NCBI GenBank assembly: GCA_030704615.1
Contig: CM060732.1
Coordinates: 61,504,001 to 61,568,000 of the forward strand
Length of the DNA: 64,000 nucleotides
DNA from: Takakia lepidozioides
Lineage: Eukaryota > Plantae > Bryophyta
Reading direction: 5' to 3'
The notes below the pieces were generated by a model that worked only from the letters and a program-made list of their open reading frames with translations, had not been told where the DNA came from and did not search any database. Shown here in pieces: positions 53,901 to 64,000 of the stretch (positions within the stretch are counted from its first letter, which is position 1; each line of letters opens with the position of its first letter). A program made the translations under genes and the position numbers.

Positions 53901-54531
53901 ACGTGGGAGGGTTGAGCTCAAACAAGATGTCCCCATCAAACTGAGCTGGCACGTATTGAACACGTTGCACTGGAAGGGACTCCCAATCAACAAAACGTAG
54001 CTCGCTCTTGCACCCAGGCACACCTGCGAGGGCTTTCAATTTTGGAATGACACTTGTTATCTCGCGCAATTCGTCATCATCCAATAAGGGAGTTTGCACT
54101 GGCGGAGGAATCTCAGAAACATCCTCCGAGGACGAGTCCGAAAGAGTAACGAAGGTAGTGGATGTGCTCACCTCTTGTTTCACAGGAACTGTGCCCTTCT
54201 GTTGCACGACCGATGCTGCAGTGCCAGGGGTAACGACTGATCCTGCTGATTGTCTTCTCTCTTTTCCAAGGACACGGTATGTTCCTGGAAGGACTCTCCA
54301 CTTCCTTCCACACTCGCCAACCAAGGGTTTCTCCAAGTGCCCAGAATCCAAATTCCCATCCTCGTCATACACCTCTTTCTGAACAAGCAGAGAACCCAAC
54401 TCCAGCGGGAACACTGTAACCAGCTCATCCTCATGAACAACTGCATACCCATCGTCGTCTGCAGTGGCAGTCAGTGGAAGAGTACCTGCATTGGAATGGA
54501 ATCGAGCGAGTGCATCTCGCTCCCTCGACAT
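50961..54531 (-). CDS. MULE-type DDE transposase with GCM-like N-terminal domain and C-terminal SWIM finger; exons 54531-52510 and 52372-50961, one frameshift in a T run near 51380
   Basis: WCRTKTSNIHND...RRSVCVGHCKC...C (GCM/WRKY-like), WLMFDHCKR, FMADSAQANFNAVRRVF..CLFHW (MULE core), CNLAETVH (catalytic E), and YQVTI..PSCTCPDF..CKH (SWIM). The intron is GTAAGC..CTGCAG, phase 0. The start codon is inferred. Confidence 0.85.
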
Positions 54532-55471
54532 GTTTTCCAGCACTGAACGAAACTGCCGATGCAGAACGGAATCCCCGAACTGAGAGCCCGTAATTATCGA
54601 AAGTGGAAATACCACCAGCAAACTGAGGTCAACAAGGGTAGCACCAAACCCAAGGCTGCCGGCGATGCATGCCAAGGATGTAGGGATGACGTGCACATTC
54701 ACCTCCCACCAACCAGAAAAACGGTTTTGAAAGACCAGAGCCACAAGAAGCCGTACTGTTTTTGGATGGAAAACAAACCCTGAAATTGACATGAAACCAT
54801 CCATTATGAAATGACGGCAACAACCCTGGAGAGCAGTAAACAGGAAGATCCGATTGTAATGAGATTGTGTTGCGCCAGAATAGCACAGAACAAACACCGA
54901 CACTTCAAGAGATACCTCGCACGAATGTGTGCAACACATGGTCATATCCGACACAATCCTTTATACCGAATGACCCCATGGGGACGGTCACGGCATAAAA
55001 AAAACCACAGGGCATGCAGCACAACACACGTGGATGCATATGTGAAGCATAACAATTATTGCGAATCTGGAAGAACTGCTCGGAATTGAAAAAGCACTAC
55101 ATTTCTACGGCGCATTCGAATTTGAAAGAAGGCAAGGAGGCCGCCATGTATTGGCAGGCGGCGAAGCACATCTGACATATATCGCAAATGCATGCAACGG
55201 ATATTCTTTTTCTTCGGCGCTTTATTAGCTGGGTAATACAAAGACGACAAAATGGATGAATTCCGTTCGCACACAATATCAACACCCGCATCCAAATACG
55301 GTTGACAACGTCCATTTTTTTTTGTTACATGCGATACCAGAACTTGTTGCAAACGTCAAACTGGAGAGCTCCAGGGGCATCGTGGGGAGCCCTTGTTTCC
55401 AGCGGAGGAGAAAGAGAAGGAAGTCATTATACTTCACGAGTTCTAGAAACAGGAATAGAGCTAGATATAGA

Positions 55472-58400
55472 ATGAGGATGGAAAGAGTGGAGGAAGAGGA
55501 AAAGGAGGAAGAAGAGGGAATACAGGAAAGTGTGGCGATGGAGGAGCAGGAATCTGGAGAAGAACAACAACCCACCATAGTTCCAGGAACAGGCGAGGAG
55601 GACACTGCGTCTGAGGGAGAGACAGACGACATGGAGGAAGATGTTGACACTGGCCTCACGAACGATCTGACCACGGGAAAGAGGAAGGGGGAGAGGCTCA
55701 CCTACATAGTCGGCGAAGAGAGCAGCCCCAAGCGGAAAGCGTCCCCGGCAACTGGGGAGTCTTCTCGAGTAGCTACGAAAAAGGTAAAATCCACACGACC
55801 CATATTTGTGAAGAATTCGGCTTTGAATGGCAGGTATTTGTGAAAGAAAGAACCATTGGTCTTGCAAAATTTGGTCTTGATGTCTGTTATGTGAGGGTGA
55901 AACGAACCCTTCACTGCCAGCCCAGACAGTGTGCGGCAACGCACACTGTTTGAGCTGAGCATTTCAATGTTTCTGGGTGCAAAATTTGGACTTCAGGGGC
56001 ACCTGTGTGAGTGTGAAAAGAACCCTTCACTGCCAGCCCAGACAGTGTGCGGCAACGCACACTGTTTGAGCTGAGCATTTCAATGTTTATGGGTGCAAAA
56101 TTTGGACTTCAGGGGCACCTGTGTGAGTGTGAAATGAACCCTTCACTGCCAGCTCAGACAGTGTGCGGCAACGCACACTGTTTGAGCTGGGCATTTCGGT
56201 GTTTCTGGGTGCAAAATTTGGTCTTTGCTGTCTGTTATCTGAGGTTGAAATGAACCCTTCAAACCAGCTCAAACAGCGTGCGGCAACGCACAATGTTTGA
56301 GCAGACCTTTTCAATGTTTTAGGGTTCAAAATTTGGTCTTGATGTCTGTTATGTTAGTGTGAAATGAACCCTTCACTGCCAGCTCAGACAGTGTGCGGCA
56401 ACGCACACTGTTTGAGCTGAGCATTTCAATGTTTCTGGATGCAAAAATTGGACTTCAGGGGCACCTGTGTGAGTGTGAAATGAACCCTTCACTGCCAGCT
56501 CAGACAGTGTGCGGCAACGCACACTGTTTGAGCTGAGCATTTCAATGTTTCTGGGTGCAAAATTTGGACTTCAGGGGCACCTGTGTGAGTGTGAAATGAA
56601 CCCTTCACTGCCAGCTCAGACAGTGTGCGGCAACGCACACTGTTTGAGCTGGCATTTCAATGTTTCTGGGTGCAAAATTTGGACTTTGCTGTCTGTTATC
56701 TGAGGTTGAAATAAACCCTTCACTGCCAGCTCAACAGTGTGCGGCAACGCACACTGTTTGAGCTGAGCCTTTTCAATGTTTTAGGGTGCAAAATTTGGAC
56801 TTCAGGTTATGTTAGTGTGAAATGAACCCTTCACTGCCAGCTCAGACAGTGTGCGGCAACGCACACTGTTTGAGCTGAGCATTTCAATGTTTTTGGATGC
56901 AAAATTGGACTTCAGGGGCACCTGTGTGAGTGTGAAATGAACCCTTCACTGCCAGCCCAGACAGTGTGCGGCAACGCACACTGTTTGAGCTGAGCATTTC
57001 AATGTTTCTTGATGCAAAATTTGGACTTCAGGGGCACCTGTGTGAGTGTGAAAAGAACCCTTCACTGCCAGCTCAGACAGTGTGCGGCAACGCACACTGT
57101 TTGAGCTGAGCATTTCAATGTTTCTGGGTGAAATATTTGGACTTCAGGGGCACCTGTGTGAGTGTGAAAAGAACCCTTCACTGCCAGCTCAGACAGTGTG
57201 CGGCAACGCACACTGTTTGAGCTGAGCATTTCAATGTTTCTGGATGCAAAAATTGGACTTCAGGGGCACCTGTGTGAGTGTGAAATGAACCCTTCACTGC
57301 CAGCTCAGACAGTGTGCGGCAACGCACACTGTTTGAGCTGAGCATTTCAATGTTTCTGGTGCAAAATTGGACTTCAGGGGCACCTGTGTGAGTGTGAAAT
57401 GAACCCTTCACTGCCAGCCAGACAGTGTGCGGCAACGCACACTGTTTGAGCTGAGCATTTCAATGTTTCTGGATGCAAAATTTGGACTTCAGGGGCACCT
57501 GTGTGAGTGTAAAAGAACCCTTCACTGCCAGCTCAGACAGTGTGCGGCAACGCACACTGTTTGAGCTGAGCATTTCAATGTTTCTGGGTGAAATAATTGG
57601 ACTTCAGGGGCACCTGTGTGAGTGTGAAAAGAACCCTTCACTGCCAGCCAGACAGTGTGCGGCAACGCACACTGTTTGAGCTGAGCATTTAAATGTTTCT
57701 GGATGCAAAATTTGGACTTCAGGGGCACCTGTGTGAGTGTGAAAAGAACCCTTCACTGCCAGCTCAGACAGTGTGCGGCAACGCACACTGTTTGAGCTGA
57801 GCATTTCAATGTTTCTGGGTGAAATAATTGGACTTCAGGGGCACCTGTGTGAGTGTGAAAAGAACCCTTCACTGCCAGCTCAGACAGTGTGCGGCAACGC
57901 ACACTGTTTGAGCTGAGCATTTCAATGTTTCTGGATGCAAAAATTGGACTTCAGGGGCACCTGTGTGAGTGTGAAATGAACCTTCACTGCCAGCTCAGAC
58001 AGTGTGCGGCAACGCACACTGTTTGAGCTGAGCATTTCAATGTTTCTGGATGCAAAATTGGACTTCAGGGGCACCTGTGTGAGTGTGAAAAGAACCCTTC
58101 ACTGCCAGCTCAGACAGTGTGCGGCAACGCACACTGTTTGAGCTGAGCATTTCAATGTTTCTGGGTGAAATATTTGGAATTCAGGGGCACCTGTGTGAGT
58201 GTGAAAAGAACCCTTCACTGCCAGCTCAGACAGTGTGCGGCAACGCACACTGTTTGAGCTGAGCATTTCAATGTTTCTGGGTGAAATATTGGACTTCAGG
58301 GGCACCTGTGTGAGTGTGAAAGAACCCTTCACTGCCAGCTCAGACAGTGTGCGGCAACGCACACTGTTTGAGCTGAGCATTTCAATGTTTCTGGGTGAAA

Positions 58401-61400
58401 TATTTGGACTTCAGGGGCACCTGTGTGAGTGTGAAAAGAACCCTTCACTGCCAGCTCAGACAGTGTGCGGCAACGCACACTGTTTGAGCTGAGCATTTCA
58501 ATGTTTCTGGATGCAAAAATTGGACTTCAGGGGCACCTGTGTGAGTGTGAAATGAACCCTTCACTGCCAGCTCAGACAGTGTGCGGCAACGCACACTGTT
58601 TGAGCTGAGCATTTCAATGTTTCTGGGTGAAATATTTGGACTTCAGGGGCACCTGTGTGAGTGTGAAAAGAACCCTTCACTGCCAGGCCAGACAGTGTGC
58701 GGCAACGCACACTGTTTGAGCTGAGCATTTCAATGTTTCTGGGTGCAAAATTTGGACTTCATGGGCACCCGTGTGAGTGTGAAAAGAACCCTTCACTGCC
58801 AGCCAGACAGTGTGCGGCAACGCACACTGTTTGAGCTGAGCATTTCAATGTTTCTGGGTGAAATATTTGGACTTCAGGGGCACCTGTGTGAGTGTGAAAA
58901 GAACCCTTCACTGCCAGCTCAGACAGTGTGCGGCAACGCACACTGTTTGAGCTGAGCATTTCAATGTTTCTGGATGCAAAAATTGGACTTCAGGGGCACC
59001 TGTGTGAGTGTGAAATGAACCCTTCACTGCCAGCTCAGACAGTGTGCGGCAACGCACACTGTTTGAGCTGAGCATTTCAATGTTTCTGGATGCAAAAATT
59101 GGACTTCAGGGGCACATGTGTGAGTGTGTAAAGAACCCTTCACTGCCAGCTCATACAGTGTGCGGCAACGCACACTGTTTGAGCTGAGCATTTCAATGTT
59201 TCTGTGTGCAAAATTTGGACTTCAGGGGCACCTGTGTGAGTGTGAAAAGAACCCTTCACTGCCAGCCCAGACAGTGTGCGGCAACGCACACTGTTTGAGC
59301 TGAGCATTTCAATGTTTCTGGGTGCAAAATTTGGACTTCATGGGCACATTTTTGAGTATAAAATGAACCCTTCACTGTCAGCTCAAACAGTCTGCGGAAC
59401 CGCACACTGTGTAGGCAGAACATATGAATATGGAAGGGCGCAACTTTCGGCCCTCATGGGCAGATATTTGAGCAGAACTTTTCAATGTTCTTTCCCTGTG
59501 TAAATCGGGAACATAGTGCATGTCCGTGAGGATCAATGAACACTTATCTGGCAGCTCAAAGAACACTTCCCTTTTTATCCCACTTTTTCATGCATCGGTC
59601 GACGTTTCATTCCTCTCTTATAAGAATTTGAGTGAACAACCTTGCAGGGGAAAATGCAAAGTGTGGCGGATGAGGTCCCTCAGGGTCAGGGGAAGGAGAC
59701 CAAAGATGATGTTGACGATGAGTTTTATGAAAGCAAAGCCGCTGAGATGCTGGGGGGTCAAAAGGTGAACTCTCAGCTTGTGGTTCAAAGTATGCTTGCT
59801 CCTGGTGGGAGGTTGAAGATTCCCCTGTGTAGGTTGGTTTCCATGCCCGTCGTTCGTCCACCCCTTGTTAAAGACATTCTCAAGCTGGAGGCCGAGTTTG
59901 TTCATGGGTATTTGGATGGATCCGCGGTCTTTTACGTTTCTACTAGGGATTCAAGAGGTAACGAGCTCCTTGTTGATGAGTCAATCGTCGACTCCTGGGA
60001 CCCCATTTGGAGACAGGTGAACGAATCCTTCGAACTTCTTCTCTCCAGAAAACCTTCCACCCAGGTATTCTCGGGGAAGATGTTTCACGTTTGGGATGGC
60101 AACCACCGGTTGCTTGCATGGATGGCTGCCATTGGGAGGCTGCACTCACAGGAGGAAGAGTGGCATTACTCTGTTCGATCGATGGTGCTTGATTGTGACG
60201 ACAACATGATGGGTCTTCTGACGGCAATGAATGATGTGAACAGGTTGGTTTCTCATTGTACACGTTGCACTTCTGGTTCCGTTCTTCCTTGATTGAAGTC
60301 CTTGAATTACATTCTGAAATTCAGATATCATTCTGCAGAGGGACGGAGACATCGCATGTCAAAACGAGTCTGGTTCACACACTGTATAGGATACAAAGGA
60401 TCGGGCAGATGCCCTTGACCAACTTCAAGACCATCCTTTCGGCAGAGATGTATAAGAAATGCGAAAGCTCCAAGACTTCGGAAACATGGTACTCGTTGAC
60501 CCGTGAGGCTTTCATGGAGTACATGTACACGGTGAGATACATCTTCCTTCATCTGGCCTTTCCATATTCCTGCTTCCACATGTTTGTTTCTCTCTGTCTC
60601 CCTTGACCTTGGATTGATGCAACTCTCTTGCATTCCCTTGCAGCAAGACATTGCAGATGCAGGGGAGCGTGGCAAACTGGAATACTACAGCTCTACCCCT
60701 GAGGAGAGAAGGACAGCAAAGGGAGTTGAAAGTCACATCCAGAAGGAGATGAACGCTACAAGAAGGACAATAATGAGTGCTTTTGTGAAGCAGTTGAGAA
60801 TGGCCGACCCATCATTCGGGCCGCAGTTTCTGCTGGAGATAAAAAACCATTATAACAAGCCAGGCAAGCCGGAGATGGCCCAGGAGAAGTTGCACAGGTT
60901 GTCTACCGCCGTCGTGTCTTCTGAACAGAAGGTGAAGTGGCTGCAGATATGGAACTCCGATCCCACAGTTAGGGATACCCACATGTTCCCAAGGCCAGAG
61001 AAGGAGAAGAAGACCCAGCGTGTCGTTCCTGTCAGTGACAATGTGCTGGACAACTGGCTTCACAAGGCCACTTACTGGAGCCAGGTGTGATGTCCTCTCG
61101 TATCTCACTTTCTTTTCTGTTTTCCTGTCCTTCTCTTCCCATTGCCTCTTACATTCGCTGTGACTGTTTTTGGGTTCATTCTTCCATTTCAATTTTTTTG
61201 CAGTTGGAAGAAAGGGCCCGATCGGTTCTGCATACTCAGCTGGCTGACTATGGCATCACTATGACAGCTCCGAAGGTCTCCTTCGAAGCATACATGAGGA
61301 AATGGAGAGCCACAGTGTGGCACTCTGGTTTCTTTAGAGAGTTCAGCAAGGAGGGTGGCATCAGTCGAACAAATGAGCTTGACCAGCAGGAAAAATGAGA

Positions 61401-63767
61401 GGAAGCCTGGAAACGATGCCTTTACAGGTGCACACCCTTGCACTCTTTGCTTGTGTTGTGGTTGCAATGTGTTGTGTGGCATACTGTTTAAGGGGGTCTT
61501 CCTGGTGTGTTGAAAAAGCTGGGACACAATATGTGCATTGGATAATGAGGCTGTGTCTGTTCGTGCAGGTACATTAAGTTTGTTCTCCTGGAAGAGAATT
61601 GCTTGGACAAACATCCAGATTTCGTGGACCTTTGGCTTGTCCCTGCTGGCAACCAGACCATGTTCACTGCTGGGATCTTGCATGACTGGGGTCCGGACCA
61701 TCTTTCTTCTTGTGGTTGGTATTTGGATTGCCCTCCTTCAGAGACCCCAGCTGTAGAGTTGTCTTTGAGGAGAGAGAATGACCGTATTGCAGCCACTGCC
61801 GCAGCAGCGGACCTCGACATTCATGAGTGTAATCTGAGGACTCTTGCAGAGAAGGAGCCTCCCGCTCAGGATACCCCGGGTAGAGGAAGAAAGGCAAAGG
61901 GAAAAGATGTTGCTGGTGTTGTGGGGACGGGAAGGGGTAGAGGGAAGGTGGCACAAGGGCAGGGAAGTGTTGCAGCTATTGGCCCTGTGGAGCATGTCCA
62001 GCAGACTCCACCGCATGGTAGGGGATCCGGGAGAAAAAACAAGGGTGTGGTTGATCCCAAGGACCCGTACCATGCAGTGGAACATCCCACGAGGGTCATT
62101 CGTCCAACCAGGTTGGAGATTGCCAACGTCGGGTTCCTTGCCATGATGGAGTCGAAGAAATCTGATTACAAGGGCGAGCCATCACCAGTGTGGGAGAGGA
62201 TTGTCGAGTTCCTCAGCACGGTGCGTGTTCTCTTTGGGTTCTGTGGCTTCTGCTCTCTTTGTCTGCTGTGGGCATGGATCGTTTATAAACTTGTCAGAAT
62301 TCCATTGTATTTTTGTTTGCAGGCTAAAATGACCAAATCGTGGGTGAACGGGAAGGAGAAGCCATATGCAGCGGAACTCATCATCTTGGACATCCCTGAT
62401 GGGTTGGCAGTCCCGGATATCCCACCATCGGGTGCTTGTCCGGGTTGGAATGCATTTGATGAGCGCTACTGGCGGTGGGTTTTTTCCTTTTCCAACTTCT
62501 TCCTTTCCGATGCAGGTGTTTTGGTTCTCATCCAGTCCATCGATGTTCGGTGTCGCCGTGCCCTTGCCAGCTATTTGAAAGCCTCGGGCATGAGAGTCCT
62601 GAAGACATGGAATTGTGTGAACAGCATGTACCTTACGAAGGGGGATCGTCCGGGAGAGATGGTGAGTTTCCCTTCTTCTTCCTCTTCTTTTTTGTTCTGG
62701 GATTGTGTTGTGTAGGTCGCTCAAACTCATATGTAGGGGCCCGATTTTATTTTGGTTCTTAGTTCCTTCTGGATGTCATGTTCGCAGACTCGTCTGTTTG
62801 AAGCTGTTTGTCTCGTCCGGGTGCATCCACCAACGACTCCGACCGGCATTACGGAGTTTGCCATCACTCACGGGGGCAAGTTCATAGATGACAGGACAGA
62901 TCCTCCCACGGATGACATGCATCACAACTACGTCGACAGCAACGTGTGCTTGCGAAGGGGGAATGGGGTTCCTTGGAGAGGGGCGAGGGAGAGGAGCCCG
63001 GCTTTCATTCAAACGATTGTGGAGTGCTGCACCTACACAGACGCCAGAGTTCTGGATTTGTCGATGGGCACAGGTTCGTCCCTTCAACATTCACATTTCA
63101 TGAGGTTTGATTGAGCTTGCACTTTCAGCATTTTCCACCGTTCCGAATGTGTCTTCAATGTCTGCTTACTTCATTCTATTCCACTGCAGGTGCTTCGTAC
63201 CACGCTTGCAAGGCCAGTGCGCGACATGTCTTTGGGATTGAAGGGGATGCTGAGATTTACAAGAACCTCCTGATGGGTTTGGGTGGACACACTTCTCAGG
63301 TCCTTCCGAAGCCCCGTCCCGCTGATACTGGTACAGAGGAGACTTCTGACAAGGAGCTGGACTCCGACTTTGCCTGTGAGTAAGTTGAACCTGTGCATGC
63401 TTGCATTGTTGTTTCATTATCGAGAATCGCTGTTCTTGAGGCAAAGTGCAAATGGGAGACATCCTCTTCGTTGGACTTGTGCATTGCATCATTGTGTTAA
63501 AAATGGAATTTTGTGGACATGTGTAGGAGTCCGCGTGCTTCCACTTGCCCTCCTGGGCTATCACACCTATTTGGACTTGTTTTCAGTCCTCCTCGGTCTT
63601 CTGTGCTACCTGTCTATGCGGAGGCACTCGCAGCAAGCATGTCCGTTCATGGCACTCAGAGTCCACCTTGCGATGGCCTTCGTAGAACACGTGGTGTTGG
63701 GGCCAGAATCTTTGTAGATGACATAGCACAGGAGGTGGACATTGATTGTGATGACTGCGACACTTGA
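55472..63767 (+). CDS. ParB/Srx-like domain plus beta-class N6/N4 DNA methyltransferase-like fusion; exons 55472-55783, 59648-60243, 60339-60531, 60644-61084, 61204-61427, 61569-62220, 62323-62661, 62788-63073, 63190-63379, 63527-63767 (~1157 aa; one in-frame TGA at 61396)
   Basis: Nine GT-AG introns have compatible phases and the exons total 3474 nt (divisible by 3). ParB-like motifs are IPLCRLVSMPVVRP and FHVWDGNHRLLAW. MTase motifs are motif IV-like ELIILDIPD, motif VI-like FLSDAGVLVL and motif X-I-II-like ERSPAFIQTIVECCTYTDARVLDLSMGTGASYHACKASARHVFGIEGDAEIY. The first and last exons are least certain. Confidence 0.8.
55864..59412 (+). repeat. Tandem array of 31 units of ~116 bp, each containing an 18-bp hairpin with a GCAA loop
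   Basis: AACCCTTCACTGCCAG recurs at 55905, 56021, 56137 ... 59250, 59366. Each unit contains CAGCTCAGACAGTGTGCG-GCAA-CGCACACTGTTTGAGCTG. Confidence 0.97.
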
Positions 63768-64000
63768 TATGAAGTATTCTTTTGGTTTAATTCTGGGACA
63801 AATTTGAAATGGGATGGTTGTGTGTCCTTATTGTCCTCTTTGCAATGTGTGCATGGAATTCACATTCATGGTTCCAAACTATTGTTGGAGATGGGGGTTG
63901 CATGGACTGCCCGGATTGTTCCTTCAATATATTTGTTGTTTTGTGGACCTCACAGACTTGAGTACATTGCAAAAACAAACAAACCACTTTGTTCTCAATT

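Larger units (their letters stand above)
50543..64000. mobile_element. Mutator-like (MULE) transposon, inferred to include the ParB-MTase gene; right end not identified in window
   Basis: There is a sharp junction inside a PPR repeat at 50542/50543, a structured terminus with repeated CGTGAGC and a 27-bp palindrome, and a MULE transposase. Inclusion of the second gene is inferred from the head-to-head arrangement. Confidence 0.65.

Noticed and set aside
55864-59412. CRISPR array interpretation of the hairpin repeats
   Set aside because: Segments between hairpins are near-identical (two or three variants) rather than unique spacers. There are no cas genes, and the context is eukaryotic and intronic.
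55900-59500. Many short ORFs in the array (MRQRTLFELS.., MLSSNSVRCR..)
   Set aside because: They are artefacts of a 116-bp repeat unit, which is not a multiple of 3, with frequent 1-2 bp indels.
32560-61398. In-frame TGA codons rescued by U-to-C editing or read as selenocysteine
   Set aside because: U-to-C editing is organellar and these are nuclear sequences that also carry frameshifts. No SECIS evidence was seen, and C>T decay is simpler.
59642-63383. Bacterial or phage contamination as the source of the ParB-MTase
   Set aside because: The gene is split by phase-compatible GT-AG introns, one inside motif I, and is contiguous with plant TE and PPR sequence.

Overview
Eukaryotic nuclear DNA from a land plant, most likely a seed-free lineage (inferred from GT-AG introns, a TPD1-like gene, expanded PLS/DYW-type PPR sequences and the transposon types). 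Two intact-looking host genes are present: a 3-exon EGF-like membrane protein (9345-10914) and a TPD1-like secreted protein (15753-16328). The rest is mostly TEs and decayed PPR sequence: a hAT element with a perfect 8-bp TSD, two PIF/Harbinger-type remnants, a chromodomain Ty3/Gypsy element with an apparent self-priming PBS, a CACTA element carrying a LINE fragment, and three scrambled PPR pseudogene tracts. The most notable structure is at 50.5-64 kb. A near-intact Mutator-like (MULE) transposase gene is transcribed divergently from a 10-exon gene of about 1157 aa. That gene encodes a ParB/Srx-like domain fused to a bacterial/phage-type beta-class N6-adenine/N4-cytosine DNA methyltransferase-like domain. 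Its predicted first intron holds 31 tandem 116-bp units, each with an 18-bp hairpin closed by a GCAA tetraloop. All homology calls come from motif recognition by eye; no database search was run.
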